A stretch of 7,547 nucleotides of DNA from Candidatus Diapherotrites archaeon CG08_land_8_20_14_0_20_30_16 (GTDB lineage: Archaea > Iainarchaeota > Iainarchaeia > Iainarchaeales > 0-14-0-20-30-16): contig PEXK01000025.1 of NCBI GenBank assembly GCA_002779075.1, forward strand, positions 1 to 7,547. The letters run 5' to 3'. The position numbers were made by a program, and so were the translations under genes. The notes below the pieces were generated by a model, which saw nothing but the letters and a program-made list of their open reading frames with translations, was not told the DNA's origin and searched no databases. Of the stretch, positions 1-5,965 are shown in pieces; the stretch's first letter is position 1; each line of letters starts with the position of its first letter.

Positions 1-17
1 ATAAAGACCTAGATATA

Positions 18-587
18 ATGTCTGGTTATTTTGAACATTATTTTCCTAAAAAAGGAGATGTTGTAATTGATTGTGGTGCATATGTAGGTTGCTTTACAAT
101 TATCGCATCAAAACTATTAGGTCTTAAAGGCAAAGTAATTGCAATAGAACCAGATCTTGTAAGTTATAGAAAACTCCTAAGCAATATTGAATTAAATAAA
201 TTGAAAAATGTAATTGCATTAAATGTTGGCTTGTGGTGCAAAAAAACCAAATTGATGTTTAGTGCAAAAGGATCAAGAGGATCATCTTTTGTTTTTGGGA
301 ATAACAAAAACAAATTAACAAATGTGAACACTTTAGATAATATTGTAAAAAATCTAAATATAGGTCAGATAGATTTTATTAAAATGGATTTAGAAGGATC
401 AGAATTATTTGTATTGAAAGGAGCAAAGAAAACAATGACTAAATATTTGCCTGATTTGGCAATTGCGACATATCACATTGTAAATGGGAAAACAACTGAC
501 AAAGGTATTGAAAAATTTTTAAATACTTTGAAGTACAAAACGAAAACTGGTTTTTTGAAACATAAAGTTACTTATGGTATGAAATAA
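18..587 (+). CDS. FkbM-family SAM-dependent methyltransferase (possibly 5'-incomplete)
   Basis: 189-aa ORF. It has the glycine-rich SAM loop 'VVIDCGAYVGCFTIIAS', then 'VIAIEPD', 'NVGLW' and the block 'IDFIKMDLEGSE', an order typical of FkbM-type methyltransferases. The frame stays open from nt 3 to the ATG at 18, so the true start may lie left of the window. TAA stop at 585-587. Confidence 0.8.
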   Translation: MSGYFEHYFPKKGDVVIDCGAYVGCFTIIASKLLGLKGKVIAIEPDLVSYRKLLSNIELNKLKNVIALNVGLWCKKTKLMFSAKGSRGSSFVFGNNKNKLTNVNTLDNIVKNLNIGQIDFIKMDLEGSELFVLKGAKKTMTKYLPDLAIATYHIVNGKTTDKGIEKFLNTLKYKTKTGFLKHKVTYGMK

Positions 588-588
588 A

Positions 589-598
589 TTTATATATA
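589..598 (+). promoter_or_regulatory. TATA-box-like element upstream of the CooS-like gene (possible leaderless transcript)
   Basis: 'TTTATATATA' begins 28 nt upstream of the ATG at 617. The 18 nt before the ATG (gtattcttatttctatt) carry no purine-rich SD. This geometry fits an archaeal TATA box at about -26 with the transcript starting at or near the start codon. TATA-like strings are common in DNA this AT-rich, so confidence is low. Confidence 0.3.
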
Positions 599-616
599 AG
601 TATTCTTATTTCTATT

Positions 617-2155
617 ATGCCTAACGATTTTGTACCAATATCAGAAAGATTGAAACTTTTGCCTTGTCCAATTGGTGAAAAAGGTTTTTGTTGTAAGATC
701 TGTTTAATGGGTCCTTGTAGAGTAATGACTAGTGAGCAAAAAGGGGTTTGTGGCGCATCTCAAGATCTAATTGTTGCAAGAAATATTTTAAGATTTACTG
801 CTGGTGGTGCTAGTGCACATTGTGGTCACACATATCACTTATTAAATCATTTTGGAGAGACATTCACTGACAATTATATTAAGGAAAAAAGCCCTGATTA
901 TTTGTACAAACTTTGGGATGATTTGAACATATTACCCAAAGTTAAAATGGAGCATTTTAAAGATATTTCTGAGGCCTTGCACACTTCAACAATGGGAACA
1001 AATTCAGATTATACTGATGTTTTGAAATGGTGTATGAAATTAGGAATTATTGATGGTTATTATGGCTTGTATTTTGCAACAGAATTAGAAGATAAACATT
1101 ATGGCAAACCAGAAATAAAGAAAGGGAAATTAAATTTAGGGGTACTGAATCCTGATAAAGTGAATATTGCAATTCACGGCCACGAGCCAATGTTTGCCCA
1201 AGCTATTGTAAAAGAAGCAAAAAATTACCCAGAAGTAAATCTAGTTGGGGTTTGTTGTACTGGTGCATCTTTGTTAGCAAGGCAGGGAGTTCCTTTGGCT
1301 GCACACTTTATGTTGCAAGAAGATGTTGTTGCTTCTGGTATTGTTGATATTTTAGTGGTAGATACTCAATGTATAATGCCTTCTTTGAAAGATCTGTGTG
1401 AGTGCTATCACACAAAAATAGTTACAACAAGTGAAATTGCAAGAATTGAAAATGCCTTACACATGCCTGTTAGAAACGAAGATGATGCAAAAAGAATTGC
1501 ACAAACAGTAATTAAAATGGCAATAGGAAATAAACTATACAGAAGGAAGAATGCAGAGCAATTATTCAAACAGAAACATCCTCAAATTAAAGAGGTAACT
1601 GTTGGCTTTACAGAAGATAACATCAATATTGATGATATTGCAAGAAAATTAAGCAAAAAAGAGATAAAAGGCATTATTGGTGTTGTTGGTTGTGTTAATC
1701 CAAGAGCAAATCAAAACTGGGTAAAGACTTTTGAGAAACTAAGTAAAGATTATTTAATTCTGTGCTCGGGTTGCATGGCTTTTGAATTTGGCAAAAATAG
1801 TTTGTTAGATGGAAAAAGATTTTATCATATGGGTTCATGTGTGAATAATGCAAGAATTGCGGAAGTGTTCAAAAGGTTGGCACAGAAACTAAATAAACAA
1901 ATAACTGAATTGCCTTTTTTGATTTCTTGTCCAATGCCAATTTCTGAAAAAGCAGTAGCTATTGGCTTCTTTTTCGCAGCAATAGGTGTTGATGTACATT
2001 TTGGTTATCCTTTTTTGATAAGTTCTGATACTAATGTTGCTAATTTCCTTGCTAACACTTTACGTGTAAAATTTAACAGTGTAATTTTTGTTGATACAGA
2101 CCCAAATACTTTTTATGATAAAGTAAAAGATGGTTTAATTGTTATTCCTAGGTGA
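617..2155 (+). CDS. cooS: Shortened anaerobic Ni,Fe carbon-monoxide dehydrogenase catalytic-subunit homologue (CooS / prismane family, 'mini-CooS'-like)
   Basis: 512-aa ORF. The N-terminal cysteine pattern is C17-x7-C25C26-x2-C29-x4-C34-x10-C45 ('CPIGEKGFCCKICLMGPCRV...GVCGA'), followed by 'IVARNILR' and 'GGASAHCGH'. Later blocks are 'IAIHGHEP' (H187/H189), 'VGVCCTGA' (C213/C214), 'VDTQCIMP' (C252), 'VGCVNPR' (C359), 'SGCMA' (C386), 'MGSCVNNAR' (C408) and 'PISEKAVAIG' (K445). These are the CooS signature blocks that carry the D-, B- and C-cluster ligands. TGA stop at 2153-2155. Confidence 0.85.
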   Translation: MPNDFVPISERLKLLPCPIGEKGFCCKICLMGPCRVMTSEQKGVCGASQDLIVARNILRFTAGGASAHCGHTYHLLNHFGETFTDNYIKEKSPDYLYKLWDDLNILPKVKMEHFKDISEALHTSTMGTNSDYTDVLKWCMKLGIIDGYYGLYFATELEDKHYGKPEIKKGKLNLGVLNPDKVNIAIHGHEPMFAQAIVKEAKNYPEVNLVGVCCTGASLLARQGVPLAAHFMLQEDVVASGIVDILVVDTQCIMPSLKDLCECYHTKIVTTSEIARIENALHMPVRNEDDAKRIAQTVIKMAIGNKLYRRKNAEQLFKQKHPQIKEVTVGFTEDNINIDDIARKLSKKEIKGIIGVVGCVNPRANQNWVKTFEKLSKDYLILCSGCMAFEFGKNSLLDGKRFYHMGSCVNNARIAEVFKRLAQKLNKQITELPFLISCPMPISEKAVAIGFFFAAIGVDVHFGYPFLISSDTNVANFLANTLRVKFNSVIFVDTDPNTFYDKVKDGLIVIPR

Positions 2156-2159
2156 TGTT

Positions 2160-2693
2160 ATGAGAGTATTATTTATAATTGCATTTAGAGATTTTCAAGA
2201 TGTGGAGTTTCTTAAAACAAAAGAGATTCTAGAGCAAAACAATATAGAGTGTGATGTTGCAAGCACACAGAAAGGAATTGCAAAAGGATCTTTTGGTGCT
2301 GAATTTAAAGTATCAAAAATATTGGAAGAGATTAGCCCTCAAGATTATGATTGTGTAATATTTATTGGTGGTGCAGGCACTCCTAGTGTAAGAGCAAAAA
2401 GAGATGCAATAAGAATTGCAGAGCAATCCTACAAATTGGGCAAGTTGACTTGTGCAATATGTTGGGCACCAACTATTTTAGCAAAAGCAGGCATCCTCAA
2501 AAACAAAAAAGCAACAGTTTGGGTAGGCTCCGATAATGAGTATCAAAAAAGCACAAAGGAAGTTCTTGAGCAGTATGGTGCAGACTTTGTTGATAAAGAA
2601 TTAGTTGTTGATGGAAATTTAATTACAGCAAATGGGCCACCAAGTGCTGAAAAGTTTGCAAAAGAAATCATCAAATTTTTAGGAAAAAAATAA
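2160..2693 (+). CDS. DJ-1/PfpI family protein (class-I glutamine amidotransferase-like fold)
   Basis: 'MRVLFIIAFRDFQDVEF...DYDCVIFIGGAG...LTCAICWAPTILAKAGILKNKKATVW...VVDGNLITANGP' matches the DJ-1/PfpI layout, with the nucleophile-elbow Cys in 'AICWAP'. I prefer the ATG at 2160 over the TTG at 2139 used by the ORF track. GGTGAT (2151-2156) lies 3 nt upstream of that ATG, which sits 4 nt after the CooS stop. Confidence 0.85.
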   Translation: MRVLFIIAFRDFQDVEFLKTKEILEQNNIECDVASTQKGIAKGSFGAEFKVSKILEEISPQDYDCVIFIGGAGTPSVRAKRDAIRIAEQSYKLGKLTCAICWAPTILAKAGILKNKKATVWVGSDNEYQKSTKEVLEQYGADFVDKELVVDGNLITANGPPSAEKFAKEIIKFLGKK

Positions 2694-2695
2694 AA
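2681..2695 (-). terminator. Oligo-T tract immediately after the hisS stop (candidate archaeal-type terminator)
   Basis: The minus strand reads TAA|TTTTATTTTTTTCC directly after the hisS stop (2698-2696). The tract is the complement of the Lys-rich C-terminal codons and stop of the DJ-1 gene (ggaaaaaaataaaa). Confidence 0.3.
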
Positions 2696-3994
2696 TTATT
2701 TTAATTCTTTTATAATTTCTTTTGTTGTCAGGTTATTTGTTTTTCCACTTTGCATATCTTTTAAACCAAATACTTCTGATTCAATTTCTTTTTTGCCAAC
2801 AACAATTACAAAAGGGATTTTTTCTTTGTTTGCATAATCTAATGCTTTGCTTAATTTATCTTCAAATGCAATACTTGAACTGATGTTATTTTTGCGCAAT
2901 TCTGTTGCTAACTCAATGCAAGGCTCTAATTTATCTAATGGAATTATCAATACTTTTGGAGTTCTTTCAAACCCCGTCAGTTTGGTTTTGTTTTCTAATA
3001 ATGCATTATATATTATATCTAATCCAAATGACATTCCTGTTGCAGGATATTCTCTATCGCTTTGCAAAAAACCCTGTATTATTTTGTCCCAACGACCACC
3101 ACCACCAACACTAGAAGTTATTTTACTATTTTCTAAATATACTTCCCACATTGGGCCAGTATAATAACTTAAACCTCTTGACAATGTTGGTGTAAAATAA
3201 ACATCTTTTATATTTTGTAGTTTTAGACAATCAAAAATTAGTAATAATTCGTTGTAGCCTTCATCAAATAAATTATTTCCACATTTGCTTTTTAAAAATT
3301 CTAGTTTCTTAAAATTATCTTTAATATCTTTTTGTCCTGCTAATAAATCAAACAAGGCATCAATACTTTGCTCTTTAATTCCTTTTTCTCTTAATTCTTT
3401 TTCAACATCTTTCTGGCAGGTTTTTTCTAATTTATCTAAAGATAAAGCAACATTAATAAAATCTTTTTCTTTTACATTGCAGGTTTCAAATAAGCCAAAT
3501 AAAAGTTTTCTATTATTAATTACAACATAAACAGGTAATTGAAGGTCTTTAAAAACATCAAAAATCAACGCAATTATTTCTGCATCTTGTGCAGGACTCT
3601 TTATTCCTGCAACATCAACATCACATTGAGTAAATTCTCTTAATCTTCCACTTTTTACTGGTCCGTCTCTAAATACCTTTCCTATTTCATATCTCTTTAG
3701 AGGCAGTCTTAGAGTTGGGTTTTCAGCAATTAGTTTTGCCATTTTGAATGTCAGTTCATACCTTAAGCACAATTTTCTTTTGCCTTGATCTGTTAGCTGA
3801 TAAGTTTCTTTTAATATTTCTTCGCCGCCAGCATATTTGCTTGCTGCAATTTCATAAGCTTCCAATATGCTTGTCTCAATAGGTCTAAAGCCGTATTTCT
3901 TGAAATTCTTTTTCAATACATCCAGAATATACTCTCTGATTTCTTGTTCTTCTGGCAAATACTCTTTAATCCCTTTTAATTGTTCTAATTCCAT
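2696..3994 (-). CDS. hisS: Histidyl-tRNA synthetase, archaeal/eukaryal-like type
   Basis: Class II HisRS blocks are present: 'KGIKEYLPEE', 'LCLRYELTFKMAKLIA', 'PLKRYEIGKVFRDGPVKSGRLREFTQCDVDVAG' (motif 2), 'GGGGRWDKII' (HisB-like GGGRxD), 'ATGMSFGLDIIY' (motif 3) and a C-terminal anticodon-binding domain ('KVLIIPLD...IPFVIVVGKKE'). I take the ATG at 3994 ('MELEQLKG...'), which has GTGAG 3 nt upstream. The track's TTG at 4027 would add a junk-like 'MCCLVCKLCER'. Confidence 0.95.
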   Translation of the reverse strand: MELEQLKGIKEYLPEEQEIREYILDVLKKNFKKYGFRPIETSILEAYEIAASKYAGGEEILKETYQLTDQGKRKLCLRYELTFKMAKLIAENPTLRLPLKRYEIGKVFRDGPVKSGRLREFTQCDVDVAGIKSPAQDAEIIALIFDVFKDLQLPVYVVINNRKLLFGLFETCNVKEKDFINVALSLDKLEKTCQKDVEKELREKGIKEQSIDALFDLLAGQKDIKDNFKKLEFLKSKCGNNLFDEGYNELLLIFDCLKLQNIKDVYFTPTLSRGLSYYTGPMWEVYLENSKITSSVGGGGRWDKIIQGFLQSDREYPATGMSFGLDIIYNALLENKTKLTGFERTPKVLIIPLDKLEPCIELATELRKNNISSSIAFEDKLSKALDYANKEKIPFVIVVGKKEIESEVFGLKDMQSGKTNNLTTKEIIKELK

Positions 3995-4121
3995 TCTCTC
4001 ACACAATTTACACACTAGACAGCACAATTTATATATTGTTATTTATATTATAACTATAAATATATTGGCAATCCCACTATATAAATATAGCTTAAAACAG
4101 TATTACTTTTTAGCAAAAAGA

Positions 4122-4130
4122 TTTATTAAA
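4122..4130 (+). promoter_or_regulatory. TATA-box-like element upstream of rpiB (possible leaderless transcript)
   Basis: 'TTTATTAAA', preceded by the purine-rich 'GCAAAAAG', is centred about 23 nt upstream of the rpiB ATG (4149). There is no SD in the intervening 'cttaacagttatcttatt'. It lies in the 154-bp divergent hisS/rpiB intergenic region. Specificity is low in AT-rich DNA. Confidence 0.3.
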
Positions 4131-4148
4131 CTTAACAGTTATCTTATT

Positions 4149-4577
4149 ATGACAATTTATATTGCTAGTGACCATGGTGGTTTTAAACTTAAAGAGAAGA
4201 TAAAAAACCATTTAGTTAAAAAAGGATTTGAAATCAAAGATTTTGGAACACATTCTGAAGACTCTGTAGATTATCCTATTTTTGCAAAGAAAGTATCAAA
4301 TGCAGTTACAAAAGATAGTAATTCAAAAGGGATCTTGGTGTGTGGCACAGGTATTGGAATGAGTATTGCTGCAAACAAAATAAAAGGTATAAGAGCAGCA
4401 TTGTGTTGGAACGAAGAAACAGCTAGACTTTCTAGAGAACACAATGATACAAATGTTTTGTGTTTTGGGCAAAGGATATTGGGTGAGGATCTTGTATTAA
4501 AGATTGTAGATGTTTGGCTTAATACAAAATTCACAAATGAAGAAAGACACATTAGAAGACTAGATATGTTGGATTGA
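4149..4577 (+). CDS. rpiB: Ribose-5-phosphate isomerase B (RpiB/LacAB family)
   Basis: 'MTIYIASDHGGFKLKEKI...VDYPIFAKKV...GILVCGTGIGMSIAANKIKGIRAAL...REHNDTNVLCFGQRILG...ERHIRRL' is a near-textbook RpiB of 142 aa, with the catalytic Cys in 'CGTGIG'. The track ORF (3867..) is an unlikely upstream extension through the hisS 5' end and the intergenic region. Confidence 0.93.
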   Translation: MTIYIASDHGGFKLKEKIKNHLVKKGFEIKDFGTHSEDSVDYPIFAKKVSNAVTKDSNSKGILVCGTGIGMSIAANKIKGIRAALCWNEETARLSREHNDTNVLCFGQRILGEDLVLKIVDVWLNTKFTNEERHIRRLDMLD

Positions 4578-4582
4578 TTTCT

Positions 4583-5194
4583 ATGGTTGAGGTTTCTCCA
4601 TCGCTTTTGGCAGCAGATTTCTCTAAAATTGATAAAGAATTAAATAAAGTTCTTAGGGCAACTAATAGAGTGCATATAGATGTGATGGATAATAAATTTG
4701 TATCAAATTACACTTTGAATAAAATGACCCCGAATTTAGTAGGAAAATGCATTAATTTTAAATTGAAACCAGATGTACATTTAATGGTTAATGATCCCTC
4801 AAAATATTTTGAATCTTTTGTAAAGGTAGGGGCAAAAGAAATATCTTTTCATTTTGAAGCAGTTTTTGATCCTATAAAAGAATTAAGATTGCTAAAGAGT
4901 TTTTGTTCTGCAGGAATTGCATTAAAACCAAAAACAAGTTTTAAAGAGGCTTATGATGCAGTAAAAGAAAGTGATTTTGTATTGATTATGTGTGTTGAAC
5001 CAGGATTTGGTGGTCAGGGGTTTATGGTTGATATGATACCTAAAATAAAATCAATACGTGAATCATTTCCCAAAAAGCCAATTATTGCAGATGGTGGCAT
5101 AAATAATGAAATAAAGACGCTGGTAATAGATGCTGGAGCATCAATATTAGTGATGGGCACAGCTTTTTTCAAAGAACAAAACAAATATAAATAA
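4583..5194 (+). CDS. rpe: Ribulose-phosphate 3-epimerase
   Basis: 'VSPSLLAADFSKI...VHIDVMDNKFVSN...DVHLMV...ISFHFEA...AGIALKPKT...VLIMCVEPGFGGQGF...IIADGGIN...AGASILVMGTAFF' follows the Rpe TIM-barrel block order. I prefer the ATG at 4583, with TTGAT 4 nt upstream. The alternative TTG at 4574 would overlap the rpiB stop as TTGA. Confidence 0.9.
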   Translation: MVEVSPSLLAADFSKIDKELNKVLRATNRVHIDVMDNKFVSNYTLNKMTPNLVGKCINFKLKPDVHLMVNDPSKYFESFVKVGAKEISFHFEAVFDPIKELRLLKSFCSAGIALKPKTSFKEAYDAVKESDFVLIMCVEPGFGGQGFMVDMIPKIKSIRESFPKKPIIADGGINNEIKTLVIDAGASILVMGTAFFKEQNKYK

Positions 5195-5227
5195 CTATTT
5201 TGTTATATATCTGGAATAGGTGAAGAT

Positions 5228-5371
5228 ATGAATAATGAAGCAGGTTTATTTTTGATAGGATTGGGCGTAGGAATGTATATTCCTTCTTTGCCAAAACCAA
5301 TTAATGTAATACAACCATTTTTAGGTTTGATAATAATATTGATTGGCGTATTGCTAATGATTAAAAAGTAA
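5228..5371 (+). CDS. Small hydrophobic protein, 47 aa, two predicted transmembrane helices (not in the ORF track)
   Basis: My own translation gives MNNEAGLFLIGLGVGMYIPSLPKPINVIQPFLGLIIILIGVLLMIKK*. AGGTGA (5218-5223) precedes the ATG by 4 nt, the same SD geometry as neighbouring genes. It has two hydrophobic stretches split by a Pro/Lys turn and a basic C-terminus. I recognise no family. Confidence 0.45.
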   Translation: MNNEAGLFLIGLGVGMYIPSLPKPINVIQPFLGLIIILIGVLLMIKK

Positions 5372-5482
5372 TTAAAAAAGAGGCAGTTGTTCGGGTTTCT
5401 TAGTATATTTTTCTAATTCTTCGAATATAACCCCTAAATGTTGTTTGTCAGGATTATTGTTTTCTCCTACTGCTACTTGATA
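5372..5482 (-). other. 36 sense codons continuing in frame after the TAA of the orphan gene, closed by a second TAA
   Basis: The minus strand reads ...ACT TTT TTT TAA TAT CAA GTA GCA GTA GGA GAA..., giving *YQVAVGENNNPDKQHLGVIFEELEKYTKKPEQLPLF*. This is the same frame as 5483-5965 and contains no internal ATG/GTG/TTG. The second stop (5374-5372) directly abuts the stop of the convergent 47-aa gene (5369-5371), and its last two codons overlap a T6 run. Confidence 0.3.
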
Positions 5483-5965
5483 TTAAAAAAAAGTAACTAG
5501 AAAAATAAATTGTTCAGTATATTGTTTGTATTTTTGCAAATTTCTTCTTAACAACAATAAAAATTGCCTAGGTTCACCTTTAGGATCATATAAAAGACTA
5601 AGAAGACTATCAAATAATATTCTGTTTTTGGTTTTAGCTGTGCACTCAGAGATAATATGTTCATCTTCGTTTATATACTCCTTTATATCTTGCTTTATTG
5701 TCCAATCCAGTTTTTCGTGGCTCAGCCTATCTTCTTGTATTCTTAGAGATTTTGTTGCATTTACAAATCGTTCAACTAATCTTAATTCAGGAATCAAATG
5801 AATTGCAACTATTGAAGGAGTAACTTTGTATTTCTGAAAAATTGCATGAACTAATGCTAATCTTCCAGCTTCATGACCCATTTCTAATACTTCTGGAGAA
5901 GCTGGTTTTAATTTTCTTCTTCTAAGTAGTTCAAGTTGTTTAGGTCCTTTTTTAGCACTAGCCAT
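5483..5965 (-). CDS. Hypothetical protein, 160 aa, no family recognised
   Basis: The composition is protein-like ('MASAKKGPKQLELLRRRKLKPASPEVLEMGHEAGRLALVHAIFQKYK...'), unlike its Ser/Leu/Phe/Cys-rich antisense partner at 5526-5801. I take the ATG at 5965, with GTGAT 4 nt upstream. The track's GTG at 5974 is that SD-like element itself. The N-terminus is basic, and the tail 'FIFLVTFF*' runs into a T8 homopolymer. Confidence 0.6.
   Translation of the reverse strand: MASAKKGPKQLELLRRRKLKPASPEVLEMGHEAGRLALVHAIFQKYKVTPSIVAIHLIPELRLVERFVNATKSLRIQEDRLSHEKLDWTIKQDIKEYINEDEHIISECTAKTKNRILFDSLLSLLYDPKGEPRQFLLLLRRNLQKYKQYTEQFIFLVTFF

Noticed and set aside
617-2155. Assignment of the 512-aa protein as a hybrid-cluster protein (Hcp) rather than CooS
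   Set aside because: The N-terminal C-x7-CC-x2-C-x4-C-x10-C pattern, 'GVCGA...IVARN', 'HGHEP', 'GSCVNN' and 'SEKAVA' are the CooS-type blocks as I remember them. Hcp has a different N-terminal cysteine arrangement. This should still be confirmed by profile search.
2139-2159. TTG start for the DJ-1 gene, overlapping the last 17 nt of the CooS-like gene
   Set aside because: The ATG at 2160 has a canonical GGTGAT 3 nt upstream, and 'MRVLFII' is the usual first beta-strand of the DJ-1/PfpI fold. The extra 'MLFLGDV' adds nothing recognisable.
2847-3530. Three plus-strand ORFs (2847-3164, 2905-3114, 3285-3530) inside the hisS region
   Set aside because: They are antisense to a confidently identified HisRS gene. 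Their translations are Ser/Leu/Phe/Asn-rich, low-complexity strings, as expected from the complement of Lys/Glu/Ile-rich AT-biased codons. They show no motifs and no SD.
3995-4027. Cys-rich 'MCCLVCKLCER' extension at the track's hisS start, which superficially resembles a zinc-binding CxxC pair
   Set aside because: It starts at a TTG. HisRS homology begins at 'MELEQLKG' (ATG 3994), which has a GTGAG element 3 nt upstream. The extension would swallow that SD and the likely promoter.
3867-4148. A 94-codon N-terminal extension of the rpiB ORF in the six-frame track
   Set aside because: It runs antisense through the hisS 5' end and across the AT-rich divergent promoter region. Its translation is junk-like ('YIVIYIITINILAIPLYKY'). 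RpiB homology begins exactly at the ATG at 4149.
4028-4148. Near-repeats ACTATAAATATAT / ACTATATAAATATAG in the hisS-rpiB divergent intergenic region; possible paired regulator sites
   Set aside because: They are imperfect and made of TATA-like sequence, which is expected for two back-to-back AT-rich promoters. They are more simply explained as the TATA boxes themselves.
4271-4552. 93-aa minus-strand ORF inside rpiB
   Set aside because: It is antisense to a textbook RpiB and has a hydrophobic, Ser-rich junk composition.
5526-5801. 91-aa plus-strand ORF opposite the orphan gene
   Set aside because: Its translation is dominated by Ser/Leu/Phe/Cys/Asn ('SSSFIYSFISCFIVQSSFSWLSLSSC') and it has no SD. 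The minus-strand partner is longer, has balanced charged composition and has an SD-like element. The minus-strand call is still only moderately confident.
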